The position numbers and the translations under genes were made by a program. A stretch of DNA of 64,000 nucleotides from Octopus sinensis (lineage: Eukaryota): assembly GCF_006345805.1 (NCBI RefSeq), contig NC_043006.1:35526001-35590000 (forward strand). Direction: 5' to 3'. Each line of letters starts with the position of its first letter. The stretch's first letter is position 1. Below, piece by piece: positions 28,201 to 42,179 of this stretch. Under the pieces are notes generated by a model. It saw only the letters and a program-made list of their open reading frames with translations. It did no database searches and had not been told where the DNA came from.

Positions 28201-29104
28201 ATTAACAATTCTAATGTGTTGTACAGATCTCAAGTGATATGTAATTTCTCTACTTCCGGAAACACGTATTATTAGTCAGTATTTCTTCCTGATTCCACGG
28301 CAGAAATTCGTCTCCTCATAGGTACTTAGGCACACTCAGAGATAATTCTATCAACAGTGATAGCCAGTTTCCTGCTTCTGTTTAAGAAATTGATAGAAAT
28401 ACGTTACAGTGTGTAAACTGTGAATTTCCGAGATAGAAATAATCATTCCAGCATCAGTAGCAGCACCGAATACGATTCGAACTTCTAGTTTTATTGACTC
28501 CTGTTAACAGTGACTTATAACCGGGTGAATACTCTGTTGTGTAAGAGGGTTTATAGTTACACTGCTCAGGGATTATACGTGCAATTGGAATACAAATGAC
28601 TATTTTTAAAAGGAAAGTCTGTCAAATGCATTTGTATAGTTCAAAATACATTTGTCCAATGTGCGATGTAAAAGGTTTGTTGTTTGTAGTGGTGCCAGAT
28701 CAGTATTATATAGTTATACAGAACAACAGCACAACTCATACACACATACACGCGCTTTCTATTGTATAATCTTTGCTTTAGATCTGGTTTCGTTGGGCTT
28801 CTACAAATGCAGCCGATCAATCAAAACCGATCGACAATGTTGTTTACTGCTGGAATGTAGAATTATCAACAACAAAATCAGTGAATGTGTTATGACATTA
28901 CGTCCTTTTACGTTGTAAATTCAGACTTTGCATTGCATTCTTCAACAGCCTACAAATGTAAAATACGTGTAAAATACGAGTCAAATTTGTTTTGACTTCA
29001 ATCTAACGCCAAATTTAATTAAACCCTCACGCTGCTACACAGCATTCAATCATACAATACATCGCAAAGCGTTACCTCCGCAACAATATTATTATTTGTT
29101 GTCA

Positions 29105-29330
29105 CTTAAGAGGCAGAATCATTTGTGAGTCGGACAAGCTGATAAGCATTTCTTTGGGTTTTACGCTGCGAGTTCGAATATCGCTGAGGTCCAGTTTGTC
29201 TTACATTATTTTTCTGTCAATCAAATAAATACCAATTGAGCACTGTGATCCTCTTGCCCCTCCCTTCAAAATTACTGGCTTGGTACCGAAAATTAGAAAC
29301 AATTATTTCTTGTCAGTTAAGATGTTAGAA
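29105..29330 (+). mobile_element. SINE family A copy, decayed
   Basis: GGCAGAATC...GAGTTCGAATATCGCTGAGGTC...TTGGTACCGAAAATTAGAAAC. Confidence 0.6.
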
Positions 29331-30679
29331 TGGTGGAATTGTTAAGGAAGGTGTGCAGCTTATGTAGCGGTCAAATCCTGGTGTGGCTGATATAATGTAT
29401 AATTTTTTTCTCCCAGATTCGACAAAAGAAACATCGACCAAGCAGTGGGTCGACCTAATCAATTATACCCCTTCTCTTAAAGTTCAAGATTTTGTATATT
29501 TATTCCTATTCATTATTCCCTGTAAGCATAACGAAATGACGAAATACATTAAAAGTACGAAGATACGAGTTTTCTCTGTCAATAAATATCCTCACCTCTT
29601 CGATCAGTTACAAGCGTTTGATAGCTTCAACAAAATACCACGCTAGTGAACATTATTCTCAATCTCAACTAATGCAACACTTCTCAGATGTTCAATAATT
29701 GCTAAAATATTGCATATAGCTGTATTACCATTATCTCGTTTTCAAGACAGACGTTTTTCTCTTTATATTTTTCTATCATGATATCCTGTTTTGTTTTGTC
29801 TTTTAAGAAATACTGATGCGAAATTTGTTTTCCTCGACGACAATGTTTTAGTAGCCTCTTCCATCCTTAAACTGAGAAATGTAAAAGCATTTCAAGAGAG
29901 AAAAGTAGTCATATCCGAGGGAAGACAGTAAGAAACAGACAGAAATTCTGATAGAAATTGTTTAGTTTTATTTTATGTTAGATTTCAATATATCGGTGAT
30001 GAAAGACAAATGTTGCGACACACTCGATCGACAAAAGCCTCAATATGTTTCAGAAAACATTGAGAAACGAATTGAGGATTATTAAACCATTAACAAATTA
30101 TTGATAGGCGTCCCAAAACGTTGAGATTAATTCCCAATCTCTCACAAGAGATTAAAATAGATTACATCTGAAGCATTGCTTAAAATAGAGTAAAATACAT
30201 AACTAGAATTAGATGTTATTTCCTTCTATTTGATGGGTGAACTAAGATTGACCGATAAGCATGGGTTTGCCAACGTATACATTGTAATGCAGAGGGGAAA
30301 GCGTAGTGAACTCGCAAAATTTATGCACTTTCCAGGAATATCTCTACAAATAATTATTAAACGATCCGTTTTAAGTCATTAATCGTTTTAACTTTGCCTG
30401 ATTATACTTCAAATTAATGGCATCTGAGTCATTTTGGTATCGTAATTGTCTACCAACCATTTATATATTTTTTACCCCAAACTAGTCAGGTTCTCTGCGA
30501 CTCCTCTATGTTTAGTGTGCGTGCGTGCGTGTCTGCAAGCATGCGTATACATAAATATATATATCATATATATATAGAAGTATGTATGTATGATGTATCT
30601 ATGTATGTATGTATGTATGTATGTATGCATATATGTATGTATATATCTATCTATATATATACATATATATATATATATG

Positions 30680-30724
<45 letters not shown>

Positions 30725-31840
30725 GTATGTATATATATATATGTATGTATGTACGTACACACACGCGCGTGCACACACATGTATATCGTGACTGGTGAGC
30801 ACTAAATCTCCTTTTGATACTTAAAATCAGGCAAGTATTTCACATGTGAAACAGCAATGACTGCAAAACTCACCACCACCACCACCACCACCACCACCTT
30901 GATAATGAAATTGATCAGGCGTTTGTGCATTTCACTTCCGGAGAAAGTGCAAACTTTCCGCTGAAATGGTTCCTTAATCATAATAATGATTTAACGTTTG
31001 CGTTTTATAGATAAAAAAAAAAGATGCCTTTGTGGCCGACCATAAAGTTTACACATAATTAAATTTTCAGATTAACTAATCCTTCGTTCTCTTTCAAGCA
31101 ATTTTCAAATATGTTCTTTTAAAATTCCTGGAGAGCAAGGCTCTCTCACTGAAGGTTAAATTTCCACATCAGCAATTAACCTGCCAATTTTCACCTTAAT
31201 GACTTTTCTATTAATTACAAATAATTTCGGTTATTTATGGGGATAACTTCAACACCTGTTGTGTATATAAAATATGAGAGGTTTATTTTGTATTCAGCAT
31301 GCATTAAAAGCATCTTATGATGAACCAACCAATCGCTTATATATACCAGTAAATATATTTGCAATACGCAAATTCATAAAATCGCAATACGCAAATCTGG
31401 TTTGTCTTCCGTTTATGTTTTTTGATGTCTTTCATTTTTTTTTTTGGCTTTTGAGCTGAAAAGAGAGAAAATAAACAATCGATCAAAAGAGAAAAGGAAA
31501 AAAAATGATAATATTAATGGGATTGTATCCAAAATAGTGAAATTATAAATCCAAAAACCTGGAATATGTCCAAACAGAGAAATCTTTAAATCCATAAATT
31601 AAGAATAAAACGGAAAAGAGTCAGCATCAGATGGGGGAAAATCGACTTGTCTTACTGTGGCAATCAATCAGAAGACAAAAACCAAAACCAGACGTGGTGC
31701 AATGAAGTAGACCGAGATTTTCGTGAGGGTTTCGCAGTGAATTATTGTCACTTTTTATAGATCAATCTAAATTTAGATATTCTGTTTTGTATCTTAGCTC
31801 GTTTGTTAGTCTGTTTTCTGTTTCTTCCCCCCCCACCCCC

Positions 31841-32310
31841 GACAGGAATGGCTGTGGGTTTAGGGGGCTGCTTTGCAATCACATTGGTTTCGGGTTACGC
31901 GCAACATGGGCAATCACATTGGTTTCGAGTAACGCGGCAACATGGGCAATCACATTGGTTTCGAGTTACGCGGCAACATGGGCAAGTCTCTTCTATTATG
32001 ATTTGTGAGTGAATTTGGTAGACGGAAACTGCGTGGAAGCCCGTTCTATACATATACGTGAGCGTGTGTGTGTGTATTTGCGTGCGTGTGTGTGTATGTG
32101 TATTGTACGTATGTAACACCTTCCCTCAGCAACCAGTTTAGGTTTCCTTAAGACTCCCCCACTCAGCGGTTCGAGAAAAGATGCTAATAGAATAAGTAGA
32201 AGACTTAAATAAACTAGTACCAGGCTCGATTTATTCGTCTAAAACCCCTTCACGTTTGTGCCCCCGTATGGCTGCAGTCCAATGAATGAAACAAGTAAAA
32301 CATAAACGGT
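31841..32310 (+). mobile_element. SINE family B copy with triplicated 36-bp head segment
   Basis: Head GGCTGTGG..., body GAATTTGGTAGACGGAAACTG, (TG)n, then tail ending CAGTCCAATGAATGAAACAAGTAAAA. Confidence 0.75.
31875..31985 (+). repeat. 3 x 35-36-bp tandem repeat
   Basis: GCAATCACATTGGTTTCGAGTTACGCGGCAACATGG starts at 31875, 31910 and 31946. Confidence 0.93.
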
Positions 32311-32369
32311 AAAAATTTAGACAAAACAGACAGACTGGCGTAATTGGAAGAGCAGTAGACGACTGCTTT

Positions 32370-32525
32370 TATAATGGGAGTGGGTGCTGAAAAGTTTGTG
32401 TCTCTAAGGATTTGACGAAAAGCCTGGCTAGAGGCCAAACTTTACGAGTTCTTTAACAGTACTTAGAAAAACGGAAGGAAAGGTGGAATAAGTGTGGCAA
32501 TACGAGAGGGGAATATGTATTTCCA
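32370..32525 (+). mobile_element. Possible decayed mariner deletion derivative
   Basis: GGGTGCTGAAAAGTT is TIR-like, and RKERWNKCGNTRGEYV resembles the mariner C-terminal RW.KC....G.Y. Confidence 0.4.
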
Positions 32526-33147
32526 TTTACCCCTTCTCCCTGTATTTTCATTTACCCAACGCTAAGAACTCTTCAGCACCCCTCGTTTGACTCAATCACA
32601 GATCAAATTCTGCAGCGGTCGATTTCTTCCAACCGTCCCTAAGGATTTGGATAGAGTAAGGTCAAAGGAAAATATCGATCTGTTCGACTACATTTCTCGT
32701 TCTTTGAGAAATTATAATGTAGTTAATATTATAATATATGTTTAGCCTGAAGTCGGTTTCTACTTCAGAAGAGCCATGATGAATTAGATAAACGCATTCG
32801 AACCAAATCAATTCTGTCTGGAGATACACATACATACATACATACATACATACATACATACATACATACATAAATGCATACATACATACATACATACATA
32901 CATACATACATACATACATACATACATACATACATACAGACATACATACATACATATATACATACATACATACATACATACATGCATACATACATACATA
33001 CACATACATATGGATGGGTAACTATGTGTTGAGTAAATATGAATGTATGCATATATGTACGTGTGTGTGTGTGTGCGTATAAATATATATATGTATACAT
33101 ATATTTTTTGTGTATATATATATATATACTTGTATATACATATATAT

Positions 33148-33239
<92 letters not shown>

Positions 33240-33989
33240 TAGATGCTTGTATGTATACATATACCATGTTGTGTATCTCATTTTGCGTTTTTACGTGTAT
33301 ATATATATTTGTGTGTTTGCGTGCGTTCATATTAACAATATAGTTTTCTTTAACCCGTTCACTCATCTGCTCTATCTCGCTTACTTTCTCTCTCTCTCTC
33401 TCTGTATTTCTCTCTCTGTCTCTTAATATACTCACATTCTCGCGCATAACATGTAGATAAATCTAGATATAATACCTCTCCTCTCTCTCTCAAACACACA
33501 CACACTCGGTTATATATATATAGATATATGTGTGTGTCTGTGTGCGTGTGTGTACGCATATGCACAAATATACATATATGCTTATAGCCACAGCTGTGGC
33601 GAAAGGAGTGAATGCTCGGTTAATGTCAATTCAATTAGCGCCTCTGGCAATGATGTACCTCGACTGCAGAGCAAATAAATGGATACTTAACTCTCGCAAG
33701 ACAGTCGATATGAATAAACAACAGACGAGCACATGGAAAAGTAGGATGCTCTACTGATTCTGATCTTGAAACAATCATAGAACATTGAAGCGTTCCACAA
33801 CATCTTCCTAACAGAAATGACAGCTGCCTTCAATATTAACCAACTGCTTTGCAAAAGGAGAAATATATTGGATGATATTGTTGTTTATATTGCTATTGCT
33901 AATAGAGTGTTTGAAATGCCTATGTATTGGCTAGGTTTAATATGTTCAAACCGAAAGTAAACACGTTTCACAAATGCACACACACACAC

Positions 33990-34029
<40 letters not shown>

Positions 34030-34769
34030 ACACGCACACACGTCTATATATATACATACACACACATAAATATATATACACACATACACATATATGTATG
34101 ACCTATGGCCTAGTGGTGTTGCACTCCCGATGCGAGATCGTGGTTTCGATTCATAGACGCGAGGGTGCGTTTTATTCTTGAATAAAACATTTCATTTCAG
34201 GCTACTCTGCCACCCAGCACTTCGACGTCTGGTTGCGTAGTACATGTGCACCTGCTCGTTGATTTGATAGAGGGTGTAAGCTAATGTATGGTACATACAT
34301 CTGATCACTATATACAAGTCATTTAGCAGGTTCGGCTAAAGCTGACCAACGAGTATTCATCATCATCGTAGAACAGAAAGAATACAACAACGAGAAGTTA
34401 GACGAAAGGAGAGCAAACGGGAAACTAGACGAAGACTTAACACAGAGAAAATTAGAAAAGGACACGATACATGGAATATTCGCTGCTGAGTTTTTTCTCG
34501 TTGGTCAATGATGCAAAATGTCATAGCAGTTTCGCGCCAATTGCCATTGGTACTGCTCAATTTTGCTGGCGCCAGTGCATATATGCATATGTATAAATGT
34601 ACTTACACCTGTCTATGTATGTAATAATGCACAAACACAAATACACACACATACATATCACATAGAAGTCTACGCATATGCATTTACAAAAGTTTGCATG
34701 CACTTCAGTATGTGTGCATATGTTTGTGTGTGCATGTGTGTTTGTGTATCTTTTATCTATTATATCCTT

Positions 34770-35008
34770 CACTCATTGGAGTGAGCCTATGCTGGGGTAC
34801 CTTCTTGAAGGTTTTAGTCGAACAAATCGATTACAGTACATGTTGTTAAGTCTGGCTGTATTCTCTTATTCTGTCAAACCTTTTGCCGAACCGCTAGCCT
34901 ACGCGGACCAAAATGAAAAAATACCCGTTGTCAGACGATGATAGAAACTTATACAAAAAGGCACACACACGCACATATAGATAGATAGATAGATATATAG
35001 ATAGATAA

Positions 35009-35087
<79 letters not shown>

Positions 35088-36545
35088 TGTTTCTTTATTA
35101 GCCACACAGGGCTGCACACAGATAGAACAAATTACAAGGTAGAGCTTTTCTTTTGAAGGTTTAAAAAAAAAAAAAAGAAAAAAAAAAAAAAAAGGAAGGG
35201 GGATTTTCGATCAAAAGGGATCGTAAAAGGAGAGAAAGAAGACAAAAAAAAAAGGGGGGGGTTAAAAAAAAAAAAAAAGGGGGAGAGAAAAAAATTGATC
35301 ATAGGGATCGTTATCACAGAAATGTCAATATGAAGTGTAAAGGGGAGGACAGGTGAGGTTTACCCGTGGAAAGAAAAGCCTACGGAAAAGACCACGGTAA
35401 CCTCGGTCACGTTGAAGTCACATTTTATATTTCTTTTTTTTTTTTTTTTTTTTGCAAATAAGCAACTCTCTGTTTTCGATTTCTGGGTTCATAGGACTAT
35501 GCTCAAGGTGGCTTCGTCATTCATACGTGCCATTCTTGCTACATTCACCCATCTTTTTTTAAAACATTCGCTTACACAACTTGCCTCTCTACTCTCACTT
35601 TCCTTTTCAAGTGGTACTTGAAGAAGTTGATGAGAGATTGACCAGAGAGGAAAGTGTTGTGTCTCCAATCCTTTCAGACGCGTCCACCAGATACATTCTT
35701 TCGCCATAGCCACAAGGATGATGAAAATAGCTCTTCCTTCCCGTTTGAAGGAGGAGCGTGACAATATTGACGATAGACTCAGCTGATAAACCGACTCGTC
35801 CCACACGTGACAGCAGTTGTTCGACATAAGCCCACAGGTCGGAAATTGTTGGACACTGAACGAGTGCGTGCAGAACGGTTTCGTCGCTCTGACCGCATCT
35901 CGGGCAGGTCGGCCCCGTGTTTCTCGAGCCGTGTCTGTAGAGCTTATCCCGAACGGGTAGCGCTTCTCGGTAGCACTGCCAGGCCAGGGATCTCTGGAAG
36001 TTGTCCATGGGCCCTGGCCCGAAAGTCGTCCCGAACAGGCGGGTCAGGTACTCCTCGTCGACGTCCAGGTTCGCCCCGAGCTCGTCGTCGTACCTCCCCT
36101 CCACTAAACCCCTATAGAATGCTTTGGTTGTGTTGAAGTCACTTACGGTCGACCCAGGACGGCAGAGTTGCTTGAGCAACGCGACACTCGCGGTGCCATT
36201 CGCCCTTCCTCGGCCTCTTTTTGATCCACGACTGCAGTTCGGTCATGGAGACGAGCTGCGGGAAGCGTGCCTCACAAACGGCGACCAACACCTGTTCACC
36301 GTCGTCTACATAGAGCCAGAGATGTCGCAGTCTCAGCGCGTGTCTGCGCATCATCACCACGGCATGCCAGCCCTCCTTTTAACGGGTGTTGACAGCAAAT
36401 GGATCGCCTGACCATCGGGGCGCATCCTTTCCACAAGAAGCGAAAGAGGATTCGTTGTAGTTTGGTGATGGTAGGGTTGGTGATGGATGGTTTGGTGATG
36501 GTAGATAGATAGATAGATAAATAGATAGATAGATAGATTGATAGG

Positions 36546-36626
<81 letters not shown>

Positions 36627-36780
36627 GGATAGATACACACACACAACGGTAATCCGCATAGTTTACGTCAACCAAATTCAGTCAGAATGCATTGGTTAGC
36701 CAGGGACTAAAGATTGAGACACTTAGCCCTTGTGCTGCACAGACGGACTGAACCTGAAACGATCTCGTTTTATAGCATGA
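34770..36780 (-). mobile_element. SINE family B copy split by the Tx1-like insertion (parts 34770-34970 and 36635-36780)
   Basis: The tail half lies left and the head half right of the (GATA)n-flanked insertion, in the same order as intact copies. Confidence 0.72.
35088..36502 (-). mobile_element. 5'-truncated Tx1/L1-clade non-LTR retrotransposon (ORF2 C-terminus + 3' UTR)
   Basis: Frameshifted ORF: ITKLQRILFRFLWKG...GGLGMPW...LPVRDKLYRHG...CPRCGQSDETVLHALVQCP (CCHC/zf-RVT). Pyrimidine-rich 3' UTR, AATAAA at 35094-35099(-), (GATA)n on both sides. Confidence 0.88.
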
Positions 36781-38267
36781 CTGTGATCTATATAATTGTT
36801 TCCTTCAGCACATCTTTAAAAAAATGACGCAAGTGTCTAGCGTTTCATACTTGGCACTTATCAGACTTCTGTATGTGAACGTGTGTATGTGTGTGTGTGC
36901 GCGCGCGTGTGTTATTTTATGCATGTATGCGTATGTATGTGTTTGCTGTTTGCGTGCGTGTGAGTGTATGTATATAATGATATTACAATTTAGTGAAATT
37001 TCAGACAGATTTGGCTATTTCCAAAAGATCGATGGACTGCATGAACTACTGCACCTCGTTTGCTGGTGTCTACTGTGTCAAGAGAATTATTCAAATTAAT
37101 AATGATAAAAAAATGCTTTTAACGCTAATCCAGTACCATCCTGTCGTTCCTAGTTTGGAAATTGGTTGAATTCAATATTTTGAAATATTTTCACCACAGA
37201 CACATTCGGCGGTAATGGACCAACCAAAGCATATGTATGTGTGTTTGTGTGTGTGTGCTTTAATGTCTTCTCTTGATATCGCTTGGTATTTGCAAATGAG
37301 TGACACCGCCTCGCGAGCGGTATCGCTCCTTTACAATCTTCCTTGGAAACATGTATGGTCATGGCGAAATTTTATCGTACGCGCAAACATGGTGTGACCA
37401 CCGAAATGCAGGGCATCCGGCTGCAAAAGTTCCACCTGTTTGCTGACTGGAAATTCCAATGAGATTCAATGGAGGTTTCACATACTTCTATGATCTAGAA
37501 TCATTGTAAAATGGCATGAGAGAATTTGCTTCTTGTTCTCTTTTTATAACTGTTATACGTATTACATGTTACATGACCAATTTTCCGGACACTTACGTTT
37601 CGGAACCTCTTATAATCCTCACTATTTTATTCTGATGTATAGAACGTGCTCAACGTTCCATGCAGTAGGACTGAACCCGGAACCACGTAATTATATAGGT
37701 GCAGCCACGCCTTCACCTATATACTTATTGAAGTAAATTTAAGATTTGTTTACTTTAGAATGTCATTGCCAAGATGACCACCCCAGCTTCAAAAAAATCA
37801 GTAAATCTGAAAGGCGTTGGGATTAAAGGTTCTGAAAAATGGACGTTGTATCTCTACCAGTAATACACGTGGCTTCAGCATGGTCAAGTGCATCACATCT
37901 GCGATAGAAAATTGTGAAATTGGTAATGCGCAGAGTGAATGAAAATCAATACTAGTGTTAGCTACAAATGAAATTACTATTTCATGTCCTTGTTATCATA
38001 ATTTTGGTGAGGATGTAGAAGTGACGATGGCCACATTGGTGACTTAGTGATGTAGCAGTAGCCAGAGGTCTGTGGTGGTAGTTTTCTGTGTTGTTGGTGT
38101 TTTTGTTCTTTAGCCACAGTCATTTAGAAATCGGTAGATATATGATCAGAGGCGCTCCGGATGGGACCATCTCTATATGAAAAATATATTAGACAGAGAG
38201 ACAGACAGACAGATAAATAGATAAATAGAAAGATAGATAGATAGATATATGGATGGATGGATGGATG

Positions 38268-38321
<54 letters not shown>

Positions 38322-38386
38322 CAGATAGATCGTTAAGTAGGTAGATTGTTAGATATGCACATTGATACATGTATACATACACAGGA

Positions 38387-38484
<98 letters not shown>

Positions 38485-38523
38485 ACCTTGTGTGAGTGTA
38501 TATAGATGGATCGATCCATAGGT

Positions 38524-38564
<41 letters not shown>

Positions 38565-39086
38565 TATATATAGATAGATAGATAGATAGATGGGTCGGGT
38601 GGTATGTAGGTAGGTTGGTAGAATGATATGTAGATAAGTGGGTAGGTAGGTAGGTATGTATGTATGTATGTATGTAGGTAGGTAGGTAGGTAGGTAGGTA
38701 GGTATGGCAATTTTTCCAGAGACGTTATAGGAAGATAATAGTGCTGTGAAAGGTGTTTGTGATAACGGATATTTTTGCTGCTATTGTTTAGTCGTCGGTA
38801 ACCATAACCCATCGCGACAACCCGTTCTCCCGAGGGATACTTTGGCCAGTATTGTGTAATGACACAGAAAGGTATGATTTTAGAGAGATTTGGCTGCTGC
38901 TGCTTCTAGCACGGCGTGGTAACGGTGACAGTTGGCGGTCAAATGTTGTGTTTGCCGTATTGACAGATATAGTATTATGGCTGTGATATAAGTGATAGTG
39001 GGCGGGTTTGTTGCATCAAGCGGCGTTTCTGAGTATATTCGTCGTGTCAGGGACTTGAAAGTAAGTAGTAGCGGCAGCAGGAGCAA

Positions 39087-39089
39087 GTG

Positions 39090-39157
<68 letters not shown>

Positions 39158-39420
39158 TAGTAGTAGTAGTGTACGGAAAAGGGCAATAACCTGCAGGAAG
39201 TCAAGAGTTGCAAACCAGATCTGCACCACCACCACCAACAACAACAACAATAACAACAACACCGTCATCATGATGACGAGGATGATGAAGCTGCATCATC
39301 ACTAACAGCAATAGCTGACACAAAGGTAACAGCAGCTTCAGCATGGACATCTACAGCGAAATCCTCATCAACAACGGCAGCAGCAGTAGCAACTAACCGC
39401 TTTAGCTGTATTGTCATCAC

Positions 39421-39479
<59 letters not shown>

Positions 39480-39922
39480 ACAGCAGCAGCAACTATAACA
39501 GCAGTTGTCGTCGTCGTCGTCGTCATCATCGTCATCATCATCATCATCATCAGCATCATCATCATCATCATCATTATTATCATCATCATCATCAACAGCA
39601 GCAACTATAACAGCAGCCACGACGACAGCATCTACAACATGAGATGCAACCTAAGAGAAACCTCTACTAGAAGTACACCGGTAACAGAAGCAGCAGCAGC
39701 AACGACGTCATCTGCAGCAGACACAATATCTTCAGCAGCAGCAGCTACAGCGACATCTCCAAGGACAACTCCACATTTCTAAACGGCAAATGTGTGGTAG
39801 TAGTTGTAGCACAAGCACAATGATTAGCATCATCATCATCATCATCAAAAACATCACCACCACTATAACCCATCATCACCATTAGCATAATGATGATGAT
39901 GATGATGATGATAATAATAATG

Positions 39923-39963
<41 letters not shown>

Positions 39964-39968
39964 CCTAG

Positions 39969-40006
<38 letters not shown>

Positions 40007-40020
40007 CTATTATCATCATC
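39087..40020 (+). repeat. Compound trinucleotide field (GCA/GTA/CAT/GTC/GAT/AAT)
   Basis: Direct reading; the ORFs here are homopolymeric artefacts. Confidence 0.93.
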
Positions 40021-40691
40021 TTCAATATTATTGAGGTTGGCACGTCTAGAGTAAGGTATGTACCTGGGCTAATATCGGGTAACGTGGGTTTTGGCATGGA
40101 AAAATACGAAAGGTAGGTCAAGGGTATGGTGAGCTAAATTGTGTTAAGGGGTATCTGGGTTAACGTGGGGCAACGTATGTTAAAGGCAGGGAAAATTAAG
40201 TTGGGTAAAGGTGGGGTAAGGTAAATCATGCTTGATATGTAGGGTAACATAGTGTAACGTAGCGGGGAGGGAAATTACGTCAGGTAGTCTAAAGTAAGAT
40301 GCAGGAAATCATATATGGCGTGGGTAATTAAGGTGTGAAATTGATGGGTAAGTTAGGTTATTTTAGAGTAAATAACGTAACGTAGGGCAAGGTAAATTGA
40401 GGTGGAGAAATCTCGAGTAAAGAGGCGTAATTTAAAACAGGATAAGGTAAAGTAATGTTGAGTAGGAACAGTAATATTTAGTAAGGTAGATTAAACGTTA
40501 TTGATGGGTAGTAAAATTGGGTAGATATGGTAAGATGAGGTAAATTAATGGAGGGAGGTAGGGTAATTTATGGTTTAGGGCACTGGTTCCTAATGAAAAT
40601 AATGAGACGATATTTTAAAATTTAGGTACAAGACCGGTACAATTAAGTGGAGAAGATTAGTCGCCACAATGGACCGAGTTCTTGACTAGTA

Positions 40692-40922
40692 CAGTGGTTC
40701 CCGAAGTGGGCGGTATTGCCCCCTCTGAGGGTAGGCGAAAGTTGAAGCAAAGTGGAGTGATAATGGAGAAGTGATTTATATAAAAACGACAAAATAATGG
40801 GTTTATTAGGTTAAGTTTTATTTGTGAAATACAGTTGCTTTGAATTTAGTTCAGAAAAAAGGTTTATGTTTGTAATGGTTAGTTGGGGGTGGCGTGCTAG
40901 GAATGTGGCCCGGGAACCGCTT
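40692..40922. mobile_element. hAT-like MITE
   Basis: CAGTGGTTCCC ... GGGAACCGCT termini; no TSD seen. Confidence 0.5.
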
Positions 40923-41695
40923 GTTTAGGGTCCTTGTTTAGGGTCCTTGTGCGGAAATTGAAATGAATAAGGTTGAGTAAGGTTGTGTGACATAGGATAA
41001 TGCATGATAGATTAAGTGGAGGTAAGGCAAGTTCTGTCATCCTTGGATTGTCCTCAATAGAACTACATCAGCCGCTACGAGTTCCATCTACGCTACCGAT
41101 ACGTTTGAGAGGGGTTCTGCTTTTCTGATTTAAAATTTTCGACCTTAGAAAATGCTGCATCGGAAGTGATGTTCGCAACAAAAAGAGGAACGTCATCTGC
41201 AACAATAATTTCTACAATGATGTGTGTGTGTGTGTGTGTGTGTGTTTGAAATATAATCAGCAGCAACAACGTCAGCAGAAATTAAAGTAAAAATTAACAG
41301 CAAAACTACTACTACAACCTTCACCGCCAACAACAACAAAATCAAACAACAGCAATCAATGTAAATTTATGTACGTATATCGGTGCTGGACTAAAATAAC
41401 TACAGCAGAAACTAAAGCAACAATAACAACAGGAACACTAGCAGCAACAGCAACAACAGCAGCAGTAATTATATCTACAATAACGCTAAAGAAAAAAGAA
41501 AAAGAAAGATAATGCCGTAGGCAAATATAGCGGCAAAGAAAACAAAAAATACAACAAGATATGTTCTTTGGTTTAGATAGATTCTCAGAGGAATCAACTG
41601 TGCTTTGTGTAGGTTAAACAGGTCACTAATAGCTTGCCAAAGCCATGAATCCTCAATTGGTGTCTATGTTTACATATACATACATACAAACATTC

Positions 41696-41772
<77 letters not shown>

Positions 41773-41936
41773 CAGGTAGATAATTATTTAGAAAGATGTA
41801 TATGTATAAATGTATGTACATGTATATGACTGTATATATATATATATTATATATATATATATATATGCATATACAAACATGTTTTATAAATATATTCTAC
41901 ACTATTTTAAAAGACGATCACAAATGGAGTTTATAA

Positions 41937-42017
41937 TTTACTACAGCTGTTTCGTTAGAATTTTATTGATATATGCATAGATTATATCATAGCATAATTC
42001 CACCATCTTCAGGTAAA
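41937..42017 (-). ncRNA. Hammerhead ribozyme motif (C3:G8), solo
   Basis: Minus strand reads TTTAC-CTGAAGA-t-GGTGGAATT...AATTCTAAC-GAAACAGCTGTA-GTAAA: palindromic ACAGCTGT stem III, GUA triplet. Confidence 0.72.
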
Positions 42018-42104
42018 ACTTTAAGCAACCATAAACATGCAAGATCAAGGCATTCGATGATGGCTTATCTTATCCAAGAAACAACATTATATAAACTTTA
42101 TATG

Positions 42105-42167
<63 letters not shown>

Positions 42168-42179
42168 TATATATATATA

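Noticed and set aside
31875-31985. CRISPR-like array (36-bp repeats)
   Set aside because: The repeats are contiguous with no spacers, lie inside a eukaryotic SINE, and have no cas genes.
35807-36411. Plus-strand ORFs over the GC-rich segment
   Set aside because: They are antisense shadows of the Tx1-like ORF2.
40040-40580. Interstitial telomere
   Set aside because: No TTAGGG arrays; only a degenerate pentamer-like G-rich tract.
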